Assembly (NCBI GenBank): GCA_002344075.1
Contig: DDTM01000021.1
Coordinates: forward strand, 19,748 to 83,747
Source of the DNA: Bacteroidetes bacterium UBA2364
Lineage (GTDB): Bacteria; Bacteroidota; Rhodothermia; Rhodothermales; UBA2364
Length of the DNA: 64,000 nucleotides
Direction: 5' to 3'
The notes beneath the pieces are model-generated. The model made no database searches. It was not told where the DNA came from and saw only the letters and a list, made by a program, of their open reading frames with translations. Every line of letters starts with the position of its first letter. Position 1 is the stretch's first letter. A program made the position numbers and the translations under genes. Of the stretch, positions 25,700 through 35,400 are shown piece after piece.

Positions 25700-26881
25700 T
25701 TAGCTGCCTGCAATAATTCCATCTGCAATCAAATGTTCCAATTGCGTTGGTCCTACTCCTAATGATTTTAATATTTCAAACGTATTCTCGCCAATGGTGG
25801 GTGGCTGATGTCTCAGTCCAAATGTTTGAGATCCATATTCAAAAGGTAAACGTGGTAGGTTTGCTGAAAGGTTGTGAGGGAGAAGGGTGTGTAGCATACC
25901 GTCTCCAGCATTTAGGTGCGGGTCTAAAAAAAGGTCTTCTGTTGTGTTGACAGGAGCAAAAGGCAAATCAAAGCGGGCGCATTTCTCCAGAATTTCGCTC
26001 TTGGTCAGATTGGAAATTAAGTGGGTAATCTCCGTGAAGAACCAAGGTGAATCCAAACGTTTGTGATTGGTATTTAAGTCCTCGTTTTGGAACCAATCTT
26101 CCTTGTCGAAAGCCTTGCAAAATCGTTCCCAGTGTTTTTCGGAAATAATGGCTAAAAAAACCATTTGATCATCTGCTGTACGGAAAGAATTATAGACACT
26201 CCATGCATTGGTACGAGCAGGCATGGGTGGCATAGGTTGTTGTGAGATGGCCGAAGCGGCCATAAACTGTCCCATCATGTACACCGCTGATTCGAAAAGG
26301 GCGCTTTTAACATGCTTTCCTGTGCCCGTCTTTTGTCTTTCGTAGAGCGCCAATAAAGTACCCATTGCGGCAAACATACCACCGGCAATATCCACAACCG
26401 AAATTCCCGCTCGAAGTGGTTGCCCAGGAGGGCCTGTCATGTAGGCAATTCCACTCATCATCTGAATCATTTCATCCATGGCTTGCCGGTTTTCGTAGGG
26501 TCCAGACAGGAAGCCTTTAAGTTCGGTATAGACCAAGCGGCTGTTGATTGCAGCGGTTTCAGAATAACCATAACCTAAGCGATTCATGGTCCCAGGGCCG
26601 AAGTTTTCTACCAATGCGTCTGCTTTTTTTATAAGGGCATACACAATTTCTTTGCCAGCAGGATGCTTAATATCTATGGCTAAGCTTTTTTTGTTTCGGC
26701 TATAAAAGGGGAAATAGCCAGCGCCCATTCCGCTTAGATACCGGGTACTATTCCCGTGCGGTGGTTCGATATGGATAACCTCTGCGCCCATATCCGCTAA
26801 TATTTGCGAACAGGCGGGCCCCATAATGACATGGGTAAAATCTAAGATTAAAATGCCTGAAAGAGGGAGTTTGGTCGTCAT
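25700..26881 (-). CDS. Family III CoA-transferase (CaiB/BaiF family)
   Basis: N-terminus LSGILILDFTHVIMGPACSQILADMGAEVIHIEPP. Length and overall pattern fit family III CoA-transferases. Confidence 0.85.
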   Translation of the reverse strand: MTTKLPLSGILILDFTHVIMGPACSQILADMGAEVIHIEPPHGNSTRYLSGMGAGYFPFYSRNKKSLAIDIKHPAGKEIVYALIKKADALVENFGPGTMNRLGYGYSETAAINSRLVYTELKGFLSGPYENRQAMDEMIQMMSGIAYMTGPPGQPLRAGISVVDIAGGMFAAMGTLLALYERQKTGTGKHVKSALFESAVYMMGQFMAASAISQQPMPPMPARTNAWSVYNSFRTADDQMVFLAIISEKHWERFCKAFDKEDWFQNEDLNTNHKRLDSPWFFTEITHLISNLTKSEILEKCARFDLPFAPVNTTEDLFLDPHLNAGDGMLHTLLPHNLSANLPRLPFEYGSQTFGLRHQPPTIGENTFEILKSLGVGPTQLEHLIADGIIAGS

Positions 26882-26955
26882 TATTTTACCTGCTTAAAGT
26901 TAGTCCAAGATATTAAAGGATTGTTTTGCCGTAAAGGAAAATGGCGTAAACAATA

Positions 26956-26984
26956 AAGGCTGCTCCTTGGTTTAGAACAGCCTT
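26956..26984 (-). terminator. Possible terminator of the efflux operon
   Basis: Minus strand: AAGGCTG, a 15-nt loop, CAGCCTT, then a T-rich TATTGTTTA. This is a weak call. Confidence 0.35.
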
Positions 26985-27005
26985 ATAAAGCGACTTCTAT
27001 CGCGT

Positions 27006-30000
27006 TTAAGCAGGCTTATTGGGCATTTGGGTTCCCAGATGCATTTTCGGAGCACCATTACCGCTTATTCCAGCATGGAAAGGCTCGGCCGTTTCAATAA
27101 CTTTAAATCCTCCCACAACCCGATTCGCGATGGAGGAAAAGGCATTGTACATTACTGGAGCCACATATAGGGTGAGGAAAATTGAAAAAATGGAGCCACT
27201 GATCAGGGCCACGTTCATTGGGAGCCAAAATTGACCGTTTTCGGAGCCAAACTGAAAGCCCGGATCGGCATGGGTGAAAAGACCCACAAAATCAATATTT
27301 AAGCCGAAAACCAAGGGGAATAATCCAATAACCGAGGTGATGATGGTCAGAAAGATAGGGCGGGTTCGGATAACACCAGCCTCAATGATCGCCTCAAGGG
27401 AAGTTTCACCTTCTTCTTCTCGTTTTAGGGCGAAGTCAATCAGAACGATGGTATGATTGACTACGAGTCCCGATAAACTAATCAAGGCGATAAAGGTCAT
27501 TAATCCGAACGGAGATCTCGTAAGAATAAGTCCAAGCATGACACCAATGAGGGAAAGACCCATACCGATCATGATGACCAATGGGCCTCTGATATTTCTG
27601 AATTCCATGACCAGAAGAAGAAATATCAGGGCAATCCCCATAAAAAGGGCGATAGAGAGAAAGCCGAAACTTTCTTGTTGATCTTTATTCTCTCCGGTAA
27701 AATTCAAGACATACCCTTTTTTGACCTTATAATCGGCCAAAAAAGCCGTGACTTTGCCCAAAACCTCGGGTCCGCTATAGCCAGGAGCGGCATCACCAGA
27801 AACGGTTACCACTCTGCGGCCATCTAATCGTGTAATAGAGCCTAGTCCAGCGCCTACTTCGAGCGTGGCAACGGCTGAGAGCGGTAGTTGGCGGCGGTTG
27901 TTGGGATTTCCACCCACGTTAACTGGCAGGGTTAGGTTTTGGATGCTTTCAAGGGCATTTCGGTCTTCGGGGCGGAGCCTGACGGTGATGTCATACTCAT
28001 CTTCGCCATCTCGGAATTTGCTGGCCTCGGTACCATTGATTGCACTCCGAATGGTACTTGCAATCTGACCTGTTGATAATTTGTATTGTTGTGCCCGTTC
28101 GCGGTCTATCTTAACACGTACTTCTGGGCGTCCCGAATTAAGGTTATCCCGTACATCTACCAAGCCATCAATTTGTTTTTTCTCGGCGGCACGACTTAGT
28201 TTGAACTTCAGATCATGGCTAATCCGGACAATCTCGTTAAAATCCGGCCCAGAAACTTCTATATTGACAGGTGCACCCGTAGGTGGTCCGTTGCTGGGAG
28301 CGGTAAACTTGAGCAGTGCACCGGGAATACTTCTGACCACATCACGAAGTTTTGTAAGGGTGTTCTTTGAGGATTCTCCGCGGTCTCCATAATCTACCAT
28401 ATTAATGGTGACGAATGAGTTTTGGGGGCTTCCACCGCCTCCGAAAAAGGATTCTTGCCCGCCGGCGGTGCCTACGCCTGTTTGATAGTTCTTTATGTTT
28501 TCGGCAACAAGAGGATCGTTACCGATCAGGCGTTCAATTTTAGTTTCCGCCTTTTGTGCCATTTTATTACTGGTCTGCACATTGGTACCAATTCCACCTT
28601 GAAGGTTTACGGTCACTTGGCGGGGATCGGTAGAGGGGAAAAATGCGACACCTGTTGGCGCAATCGCATACACCATAAAGATTCCAAAGAACAATCCAAA
28701 GGTCAGGTTTAAGACAATGGCACGGTTATCCGTAAGAATCAGTGGTCGCCCAGATTTGAAAATAAGTCCAATAATGCCAAAGATGAGCATTAAAATGGGA
28801 GCGACAGAGAGGGATAAGGCAGTTCTTAATAATTGTACACTTGCATCAGGTTTCTCAAAATCAGTACGAAACCAAGCAATTAGAAATACCACCAACATGG
28901 CAATTGCCGTTTTCCAACTGAGCGCAATGGTCGCTTTTCCACCTCGAATCATGACCTCGAAGGTGTGGAAAAATATTCCCAAAACCCCAATTGTAAAAAT
29001 GACTCCGGCGGGCAACATGAAAACCACTTGTGCGAGGGTAAACCCCCCATATGCTGGTTCACCGATTGAAAGTAAGGAACCTACAATAAGTAAAATAAAC
29101 CCTAAAGTAAAACTAGTTAAGGTAAAAGTGTTACGTAAGAGGGCATACCTTACCTGATAATCCCGCTGCATCATGAGTTCAAGCCATTCTTTGTACTTTA
29201 CCAAGTATCGTGGGAACTGCTTGTTGATAATAAAATCGCTTACGGGAACCAAGAAATAACGGGTAAAGGCAAAAAGTACCAAGGATAGACCGATTAAGAC
29301 CGGGACAGTTACCCAATTAATAATGAGCATTAGTATCGTCAAAGAGGCAATGGCGATGTAGGTAACATAATTGATCCATTTGGGTGGAATGGCTTTTGGT
29401 TCATTGTCTAAGCGAACCAAATAAGCGGTGATCACCGGATTCATAACCAAGGCAACAAACAACGACGTAGAGAGCGTGATAATGAGGGTTAGGGGCAGAT
29501 AACTCATGAATTTGCCGATCACACCTGGCCAAAACAACATGGGGAAAAAAGCCGCAAGTGTGGTAAGGGTGGCATAGATAACCGGTCCGGTTACTTCACG
29601 GGTTGCCAGACGAGCGGCCTCAAATTTTTCGTACCCCATTTCTCGAAAGCGGTAAATGTTCTCCACCACCACAATTGCATTGTCCGCTAAGAGACCTAAG
29701 GCAATGATAAGGCTAAAGAGGACGATAAAGTTGAGGGTCAGCCCCATGACTTGGAAAACGGCAAAACTCATGAGCATGGAAAGCGGAATCGAAATGGCGA
29801 CCAGCATAGAGGCACGAATCCCCAAGAAAAAGACCAAGGCCATCACTACAAAGAAAATCCCTGCCACCAGATTATTTTGAAGTTCTTCCACCAAATTTCG
29901 GACGAACTCGGAGTTGTCGCCGGTATAAACCACAAATGTACCATTGGGCAGATTTGCGGTTTTAATTTTCTCTTTCAGGCCATCTACCGTCTCAATAATG

Positions 30001-30941
30001 TTAGCGCCGGAACGCTTTTTGACTTGCAACGAGATTACCTGTAAGGGTTTTCCATCTTTCGATTTTACGGTTCCGCCCGCGCCACTTTCGTCAGGGTGAA
30101 CAATGCGAAGTCGGGAGTAGGTGGTACGGTCTTTAAAGCCGTAGGTCACGTCGGCTACATCGCGCAAGTAAATTGGTGATGGGCGGGCAATGGGGCCTTG
30201 TGGTTCAGGGACTTTAACAATTAGGTTTGCTAATTGTGCTTCACTCTTCATTTCGCCATTTACGCGAACAAGGTAGTTGAGACGATCTACGTCCACCGAT
30301 CCACCCGGAATGGTTAGGTTCTCTCCCTGAATAGCACCCGCCACATCCTGAAAGGTAAGGTTATAGGATTGAAGTTTTGCGAGGTCCACATTAATTTGCA
30401 TTTCCCGCTCTAAGGCGCCAATCAATTCAACTTCCAAGACACCTGGCACGCCTTCAAATTCGTCTTTTAGTTTGTCTGCAACATCTTTTAATTTAGACAA
30501 GGAATACCCTGCGGCGAGGTTCACGGTTATAACCGGTAATTCCGAGATATTAATTTCTCGAACAATAGGCTCTTGAATGTCGGAAGGTAACTTGGATTTT
30601 GCGATATTTACTCGATCGCGCACTTTTTGGTAGGCATCTTCGATGGGCACATTGGGTTCAAATTGGATATTGACCGATGTTACCCCTTCGCCGGAGGTGG
30701 AGCGTAGTTCCTTGATTCCGCTGATGCTTTGTATTTCACGTTCCAATGGTTGTGAAACCAATGCTTCCATATCGTCGGGGCTTACACCCGGATACACAAC
30801 CGTAACAAAAATATTAGGGATTTTTATAGAGGGTTGGGCTTCTTTAGGAACGGAGAAATAAGCATAGAAGCCCCAAATGGTAAGCAAAACCGTTAACACG
30901 AGAACGGTAATACGGTTTTTAACGGCCCAGTCTGCAATCAT
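27006..30941 (-). CDS. RND efflux transporter permease (AcrB/HAE family), unusually long at 1311 aa
   Basis: Typical RND N-terminus (AVKNRITVLVLTVLLTIWG, VVYPGVSPDDME). TM2-6 block with LLADNAIVVVENI. Second periplasmic loop and C-terminal TM bundle (GLVVNHTIVLIDF). Extra hydrophobic segments lie between TM6 and the second loop (see findings). Confidence 0.9.
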   Translation of the reverse strand: MIADWAVKNRITVLVLTVLLTIWGFYAYFSVPKEAQPSIKIPNIFVTVVYPGVSPDDMEALVSQPLEREIQSISGIKELRSTSGEGVTSVNIQFEPNVPIEDAYQKVRDRVNIAKSKLPSDIQEPIVREINISELPVITVNLAAGYSLSKLKDVADKLKDEFEGVPGVLEVELIGALEREMQINVDLAKLQSYNLTFQDVAGAIQGENLTIPGGSVDVDRLNYLVRVNGEMKSEAQLANLIVKVPEPQGPIARPSPIYLRDVADVTYGFKDRTTYSRLRIVHPDESGAGGTVKSKDGKPLQVISLQVKKRSGANIIETVDGLKEKIKTANLPNGTFVVYTGDNSEFVRNLVEELQNNLVAGIFFVVMALVFFLGIRASMLVAISIPLSMLMSFAVFQVMGLTLNFIVLFSLIIALGLLADNAIVVVENIYRFREMGYEKFEAARLATREVTGPVIYATLTTLAAFFPMLFWPGVIGKFMSYLPLTLIITLSTSLFVALVMNPVITAYLVRLDNEPKAIPPKWINYVTYIAIASLTILMLIINWVTVPVLIGLSLVLFAFTRYFLVPVSDFIINKQFPRYLVKYKEWLELMMQRDYQVRYALLRNTFTLTSFTLGFILLIVGSLLSIGEPAYGGFTLAQVVFMLPAGVIFTIGVLGIFFHTFEVMIRGGKATIALSWKTAIAMLVVFLIAWFRTDFEKPDASVQLLRTALSLSVAPILMLIFGIIGLIFKSGRPLILTDNRAIVLNLTFGLFFGIFMVYAIAPTGVAFFPSTDPRQVTVNLQGGIGTNVQTSNKMAQKAETKIERLIGNDPLVAENIKNYQTGVGTAGGQESFFGGGGSPQNSFVTINMVDYGDRGESSKNTLTKLRDVVRSIPGALLKFTAPSNGPPTGAPVNIEVSGPDFNEIVRISHDLKFKLSRAAEKKQIDGLVDVRDNLNSGRPEVRVKIDRERAQQYKLSTGQIASTIRSAINGTEASKFRDGEDEYDITVRLRPEDRNALESIQNLTLPVNVGGNPNNRRQLPLSAVATLEVGAGLGSITRLDGRRVVTVSGDAAPGYSGPEVLGKVTAFLADYKVKKGYVLNFTGENKDQQESFGFLSIALFMGIALIFLLLVMEFRNIRGPLVIMIGMGLSLIGVMLGLILTRSPFGLMTFIALISLSGLVVNHTIVLIDFALKREEEGETSLEAIIEAGVIRTRPIFLTIITSVIGLFPLVFGLNIDFVGLFTHADPGFQFGSENGQFWLPMNVALISGSIFSIFLTLYVAPVMYNAFSSIANRVVGGFKVIETAEPFHAGISGNGAPKMHLGTQMPNKPA

Positions 30942-30986
30942 TGTATGTTAAGGATTATCAGTGAGGAAAAAGAGCATTTCGGGTGC

Positions 30987-32144
30987 TTAACCCTTAACGA
31001 CTTCTAATAGGTCACCTTCCGAAACGTTGTTTTGTCCGTTAGTGACGACTTCATCGCCTGCTTGAATACCAGAAAACACCACCGTTTTACCCTCTTGAGA
31101 CGGTCCGATGGAGATACTGACCCGTTTGGCTACTTTTTTCCGGCCTTCGGGTTTGGCAATAAAAACACTTGTACCTTCTTCGTCGCGCATGATGGCCGTT
31201 TCCGGAATCACAATCACGTTTCCGATGGTTTCGTTATTGATAAAGATTTGGGCTGTCATTTGTGGCTTCAACAAACCATCTGGATTGGCCACCTGAATTT
31301 CGATGGGGAAAGTACGGCTGGTGGGATTGACGTTGGTCCCGACGAAACTGATAGTGCCAACCGTTTCTTGGTTTCCGAGTGTAGGGAACCGGACAAAGGC
31401 ATTCGTTCCAAGTTTTACGGTTGCAGCATATTTTTCTGACACGCCGCCGGTTATCTTTACATTTCCTGCATTCACGATTTGGACGATCGGTGATCCCGGA
31501 GCAGCTGTAGATCCGGTCTCAGCCAGTTTTCGTTCTATTTTCCCGGAAAATGGTGCAACAACGCGGGTGTTAGACAATTGCTTCTGTGCAAGCGAGATGG
31601 CTGCTTGTGTTTGTGCCTTCCCTGCATTGGTTTGGTTTACGACGGCTTTCGCTGCGGCGAGTCGGGTTTTGACCCCCTCGAATTCGATGGCGGAAATGAT
31701 GGAGTCGCGGTACAGGGGTTCTTGTCTGCGGAAGGCATCCTCGGCCAGTCGGAGTTGTGCTTCAGCATTGGCTACTGCGGCTTCGGCAGCACTTAACGCG
31801 GCCTTGGCTTGAGACAAAGAGGCTTCGGCTACGGCAGGATCCACAATGGCGACGGTTTCTCCGGCGGATACGTACTTACCTACCGGAGCAACGTACTGCA
31901 AAATGCCTGCACTCAACGCCGAAACGGTTACATCGTTCGAGGTCTCGACAACGCCCGGAATTTGAATCATGTTGTCGAAATTTCCAGCACCAGCCAATAG
32001 GGTTTCTACCGGAATCATGGCAGAAGCCAGTTCTGTGCTATTTTCAGCATTAGAGGCCGGTTTATTCCCTTGGTTGCAGGCCGAAAAAACGAAGGCCAGC
32101 ATCAACAAAACGGGAAGCAAAACGACGTATTGAAAGTGTTTCAT
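30987..32144 (-). CDS. RND efflux periplasmic adaptor (membrane fusion protein), lipoprotein
   Basis: The start is chosen at MKHFQYVVLLPVLLMLAFVFSAC (lipobox; ATG at 32144). It has a coiled-coil hairpin (AEASLSQAKAALSAAEAAVANAEAQLRLAEDAF), a beta-barrel and an MP domain. Confidence 0.85.
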   Translation of the reverse strand: MKHFQYVVLLPVLLMLAFVFSACNQGNKPASNAENSTELASAMIPVETLLAGAGNFDNMIQIPGVVETSNDVTVSALSAGILQYVAPVGKYVSAGETVAIVDPAVAEASLSQAKAALSAAEAAVANAEAQLRLAEDAFRRQEPLYRDSIISAIEFEGVKTRLAAAKAVVNQTNAGKAQTQAAISLAQKQLSNTRVVAPFSGKIERKLAETGSTAAPGSPIVQIVNAGNVKITGGVSEKYAATVKLGTNAFVRFPTLGNQETVGTISFVGTNVNPTSRTFPIEIQVANPDGLLKPQMTAQIFINNETIGNVIVIPETAIMRDEEGTSVFIAKPEGRKKVAKRVSISIGPSQEGKTVVFSGIQAGDEVVTNGQNNVSEGDLLEVVKG

Positions 32145-32190
32145 GTTAGGGTTTGGTTTGGGTAATGATGGACCTTTGGGAATTATCCGG

Positions 32191-33834
32191 TTATTGTACT
32201 TTATAAAACTTATTGACATAATTCCAGATACCGCCAGTGCGTGCCGGGGCAAATTCCGGAATCTTCGATTCCACAAAAGGTAATTTACCCATCGCGGTTT
32301 GGAGGCTATTTTTTGCATTGAGGTAGTCGAAGATTGCCACAACATATGCCAATTTACTCTGGTCTAAGAGTTCGGAGGCTTGACGTTCTTCCAACTGGTT
32401 TCCAACACCTTCTCTAAGGCGGGTGGAGGTGATTCTGTAGTTTTCTTCGGCACGGGCAATATTTTGCCGCTGACTTGTTATGCGTTCGGAGGCTGAAGAA
32501 AGAGATAAAAAGGCTTGCTCTACTTCCAACCGAATGCTTTCTTGTAATTGCACCTCTTGAATTTTTGCACGTTCTATGGATAATTGGTTGCGTTGTCGTT
32601 GGTATTTTCTGGTTCCCCCATCATAAAGGCTCCACGAAACCTGCAATCCAATTGTGATATTGGGATCCCAATACCCGTCGCTGAAAATACGGTTGCGCTC
32701 TTTTGTGAACTTAAACGGATCGTTGGTGTCCTGTACCGAGTAGGTACGGTTACTGGGAACACGTCCCAGATATGAAATATTTGAAAATGCGCTCACAATG
32801 GGTTTGCCCAATGCTGTCGTAACACCTTTCTGAATTTCCTGAAGGACAATGTTTTTTTGGGCCTGCACCAAATCCGGACGGTTGTTCATGGCCACATCAA
32901 GGGCCGCACGTAAATTTAGGCCATCGGTCTCGTTTGCCTTTTCCGTCATCTCTTCCCACGAGGCCTTGATATCAATTTCGGTCTCCATAGGTAGTCCAAG
33001 CAGGAGTTTTAGACCGGAAAGGGCCAATCCAGCATTATTGGCGGCAACAATTTTTTGTGCATTTAGGTTGCCCAATTCCACTTCGGCAGAAAGGCGCTGA
33101 AAACGTGGCGCAAGACCTTGTTGGACAGTTTTGCCTACATCGCGAGTGGTCTCGGCAAGACGTTCCATACTGTTCTGAAGGACGGAAACCTGTTCGCGTG
33201 CCAGCATCACCCGATAAAACGCGCTTCGGATCTGGCTTACTATTTGTTGTTGTTGGCGCAAAAAGCCGGAAGCTGTAATAGACTGAAGCACTCGTGTTGC
33301 ACGTAGCCCTTCTCCAATTGCGGCATTATACAACGTCTGACTGATGGCAATATTGCCCGTAAAGTTGTTTTCTACGGCAAAAGGGTTTGCACTGCTATTG
33401 GTTGGGATACCGGCAGCGGTTTGGCCCTCGGCGATCCTGCGGTAGTACTCTTGGAGGGTGATTGGCACGGTGCTGTCGTCGTTGTCCGTTCGGGCTTGCT
33501 CATTATAGCCCAGCCAGCCAATTTGCCCCAAGCCCGTAAAAATGTTGCCCGCACTCGAACCCGCAAACGGATTCGAACTAAGCAAGTTGCGTTGGTAATT
33601 GCCAGAAAGGTTGATTCTCGGATAAAGGTTGCTAAAACCTTCTTCTACCTGAGAATTTACCTCGGATTGACCAAGCGCAGCCGAACGCAGCAAGTAGTTA
33701 TTAACTAAGCCAATCTGAATGGCTTCGTCGAGGGTCATAAGGGCTTTTCGAGGGCTTGGATTAGCAGATTGTGCTGCCAATAATCCGGGTGTCAGTAAGA
33801 GAAGGGCGATAAGGTAACGGTGAAAAAAACGCAT
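32191..33834 (-). CDS. TolC-family outer membrane efflux protein
   Basis: The start is chosen at MRFFHRYLIALLLLTPGLLAAQS (ATG at 33834). The two-repeat alpha/beta pattern is typical of outer-membrane factor proteins. The longer ORF to 33960 would overlap the tetR gene. Confidence 0.85.
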   Translation of the reverse strand: MRFFHRYLIALLLLTPGLLAAQSANPSPRKALMTLDEAIQIGLVNNYLLRSAALGQSEVNSQVEEGFSNLYPRINLSGNYQRNLLSSNPFAGSSAGNIFTGLGQIGWLGYNEQARTDNDDSTVPITLQEYYRRIAEGQTAAGIPTNSSANPFAVENNFTGNIAISQTLYNAAIGEGLRATRVLQSITASGFLRQQQQIVSQIRSAFYRVMLAREQVSVLQNSMERLAETTRDVGKTVQQGLAPRFQRLSAEVELGNLNAQKIVAANNAGLALSGLKLLLGLPMETEIDIKASWEEMTEKANETDGLNLRAALDVAMNNRPDLVQAQKNIVLQEIQKGVTTALGKPIVSAFSNISYLGRVPSNRTYSVQDTNDPFKFTKERNRIFSDGYWDPNITIGLQVSWSLYDGGTRKYQRQRNQLSIERAKIQEVQLQESIRLEVEQAFLSLSSASERITSQRQNIARAEENYRITSTRLREGVGNQLEERQASELLDQSKLAYVVAIFDYLNAKNSLQTAMGKLPFVESKIPEFAPARTGGIWNYVNKFYKVQ

Positions 33835-33842
33835 ATTGTTTC

Positions 33843-34532
33843 TTAAATAGACCGTGGGAGTGCTACTGTGGAGCAAGGTTTTTGGGAAATTCCATGTAAC
33901 AAAAGCAAACAAAGCCATTCTTGGGCATCGGTTGCGGGGTTTATCTGGGTGGGGGTACAAGACAAGGGCGGGTTGTGCAAAAAAGCGTCATACATGATGT
34001 AGCCATGTAAATTGCCAAATATCATGTGGGTTAGGGCTTCTGCATGAAAAGGCCGGACTTCACCGCGCTGCATGGCTTCTTCTAAAAAACCAGAAAAACG
34101 TGAAATCGTTTTGGCTTTTAACGACAAAACCAGTTCTTTTAACGCATCCTCATCCGAGAGCATCAGACGGTTTAGGACTTTTACCACTAAGCGAAAATGG
34201 TCTTTTTCTTGGTGGTAATGGTCTAAATAAGCGCGAATAAATGCTCGAAAAGTTTGCTCAAAGGATAGTTGTTGTTCGCTGGATTGGAGAATTACATTTT
34301 CAACTAATTGAAATTCCTCTTTCGCGAGATCCTGAACAATAGTACGCAACATTTCTTCTTTTCCTTTAGGGAAATAGAGGTATAGGGTTCCTTTAGCAAA
34401 CTCGGCGCGTTGGGCAATCTCTTCTATCGAAGCCCGTTCATATCCCTTTTCAGCAAATACTCGAATCCCCGCCTGGAGTATCTCGCGTCGGCGGTTCAAT
34501 CGTTCTCTTTCCTTACGGGAAATGGGTTCCAT
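33843..34532 (-). CDS. TetR/AcrR family transcriptional regulator
   Basis: HTH region RREILQAGIRVFAEKGYERASIEEIAQRAEFAKGTLYLYFPKGKEEML. It is the first gene of the efflux operon. Confidence 0.9.
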   Translation of the reverse strand: MEPISRKERERLNRRREILQAGIRVFAEKGYERASIEEIAQRAEFAKGTLYLYFPKGKEEMLRTIVQDLAKEEFQLVENVILQSSEQQLSFEQTFRAFIRAYLDHYHQEKDHFRLVVKVLNRLMLSDEDALKELVLSLKAKTISRFSGFLEEAMQRGEVRPFHAEALTHMIFGNLHGYIMYDAFLHNPPLSCTPTQINPATDAQEWLCLLLLHGISQKPCSTVALPRSI

Positions 34533-34588
34533 AACAAATGTTGTTTTTTGGGGTGTGATAGCCTAAGAACGGAAAATACTTTTCATGG

Positions 34589-34637
34589 TTTCTATGCAGG
34601 TTGATCTTGTAGGTCAATTCATGAATGCACTATTCAT
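34589..34637 (-). promoter_or_regulatory. Candidate promoter and TetR operator of the efflux operon
   Basis: Minus strand: TTGACC (34617-34612), a 17-nt spacer, then TAGAAA (34594-34589). A perfect 10-bp palindrome ATTCATGAAT (34617-34626) abuts the -35, and a third ATTCAT half-site lies at 34632-34637. Confidence 0.4.
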
Positions 34638-34716
34638 CTTATGACCCAGTAAATTAAATTTCTAACTTTGTCAGGTGCTTGGGTCAATCTTTATTTGATT
34701 AGAAAAAAAGGCTTTC

Positions 34717-35400
34717 TTACGAGCAAATGCGGAAAATCGTTTGAAATGCTTCTGCCGCTGTAAGCCCCACCTGAGATCCCCAGCGGGTGGCAATACTACG
34801 AAGTGCATGTTCGGAGCGAGGATGGGGGAATGGGCGCATTTCGGGTGCATAGCACTGCATCGCGGCTATTTTAACATCCAGAAAAGTGGAGATGTCCACA
34901 AAGGTGTCTGGCTGAAAGACCGGAGAGAACTTACCAAAAGCATATTCGGTGGAGGAAGGGACCTCATACGCATACAGTGTTTGTACAGAGCAACCTTGAA
35001 GAGGACGGCAAGCGGTTAGGGTGGCACGAAAAGTAACGACATGGTCTAAGTTTAGGTCACCTCCATGTTGTGTATAGACCATTTCTGGTTGTTTCTCTTC
35101 GATTACATTTGTCAGAAGTTTTACAATGTTTAAAAAAGGCAAGGTATCAAAGCGTTGGTCTGGCAGTTTCAAGCCCTGAACGGAAGTAATACTAAGGAGC
35201 TTAGCTGCTTTATGACTTGCAGCGGCCAAAAAGTCAACAAGTTGCGGGGGGGCATCTTCGCGGCGGTCGAAGCGGGAGGTTGCACCCTCACCCAAAATAC
35301 AAACATGTACCGTATCACCATTTTTGATATGGCGGGCGATGGTTCCACCACAGCCTAAAACTTCGTCGTCTGGATGCGCGGCAATAACAAGGATATTCAT
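34717..35400 (-). CDS. PIG-L (LmbE-like) family N-acetylglucosaminyl deacetylase
   Basis: ILVIAAHPDDEVLGCGGTIARH and the downstream HxDH-type motif (DLNLDH). Confidence 0.85.
   Translation of the reverse strand: MNILVIAAHPDDEVLGCGGTIARHIKNGDTVHVCILGEGATSRFDRREDAPPQLVDFLAAASHKAAKLLSITSVQGLKLPDQRFDTLPFLNIVKLLTNVIEEKQPEMVYTQHGGDLNLDHVVTFRATLTACRPLQGCSVQTLYAYEVPSSTEYAFGKFSPVFQPDTFVDISTFLDVKIAAMQCYAPEMRPFPHPRSEHALRSIATRWGSQVGLTAAEAFQTIFRICS

Noticed and set aside
32145-32345. Upstream extensions of the MFP ORF. The same applies to the extensions of the TolC ORF (33835-33960), the ManC ORF (37181-37237), the TBDR ORF (57539-57601) and the dxs ORF (62939-63019).
   Set aside because: Each extension overlaps the preceding gene or lacks family similarity. 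Internal ATGs give proper signal peptides or family-typical N-termini.
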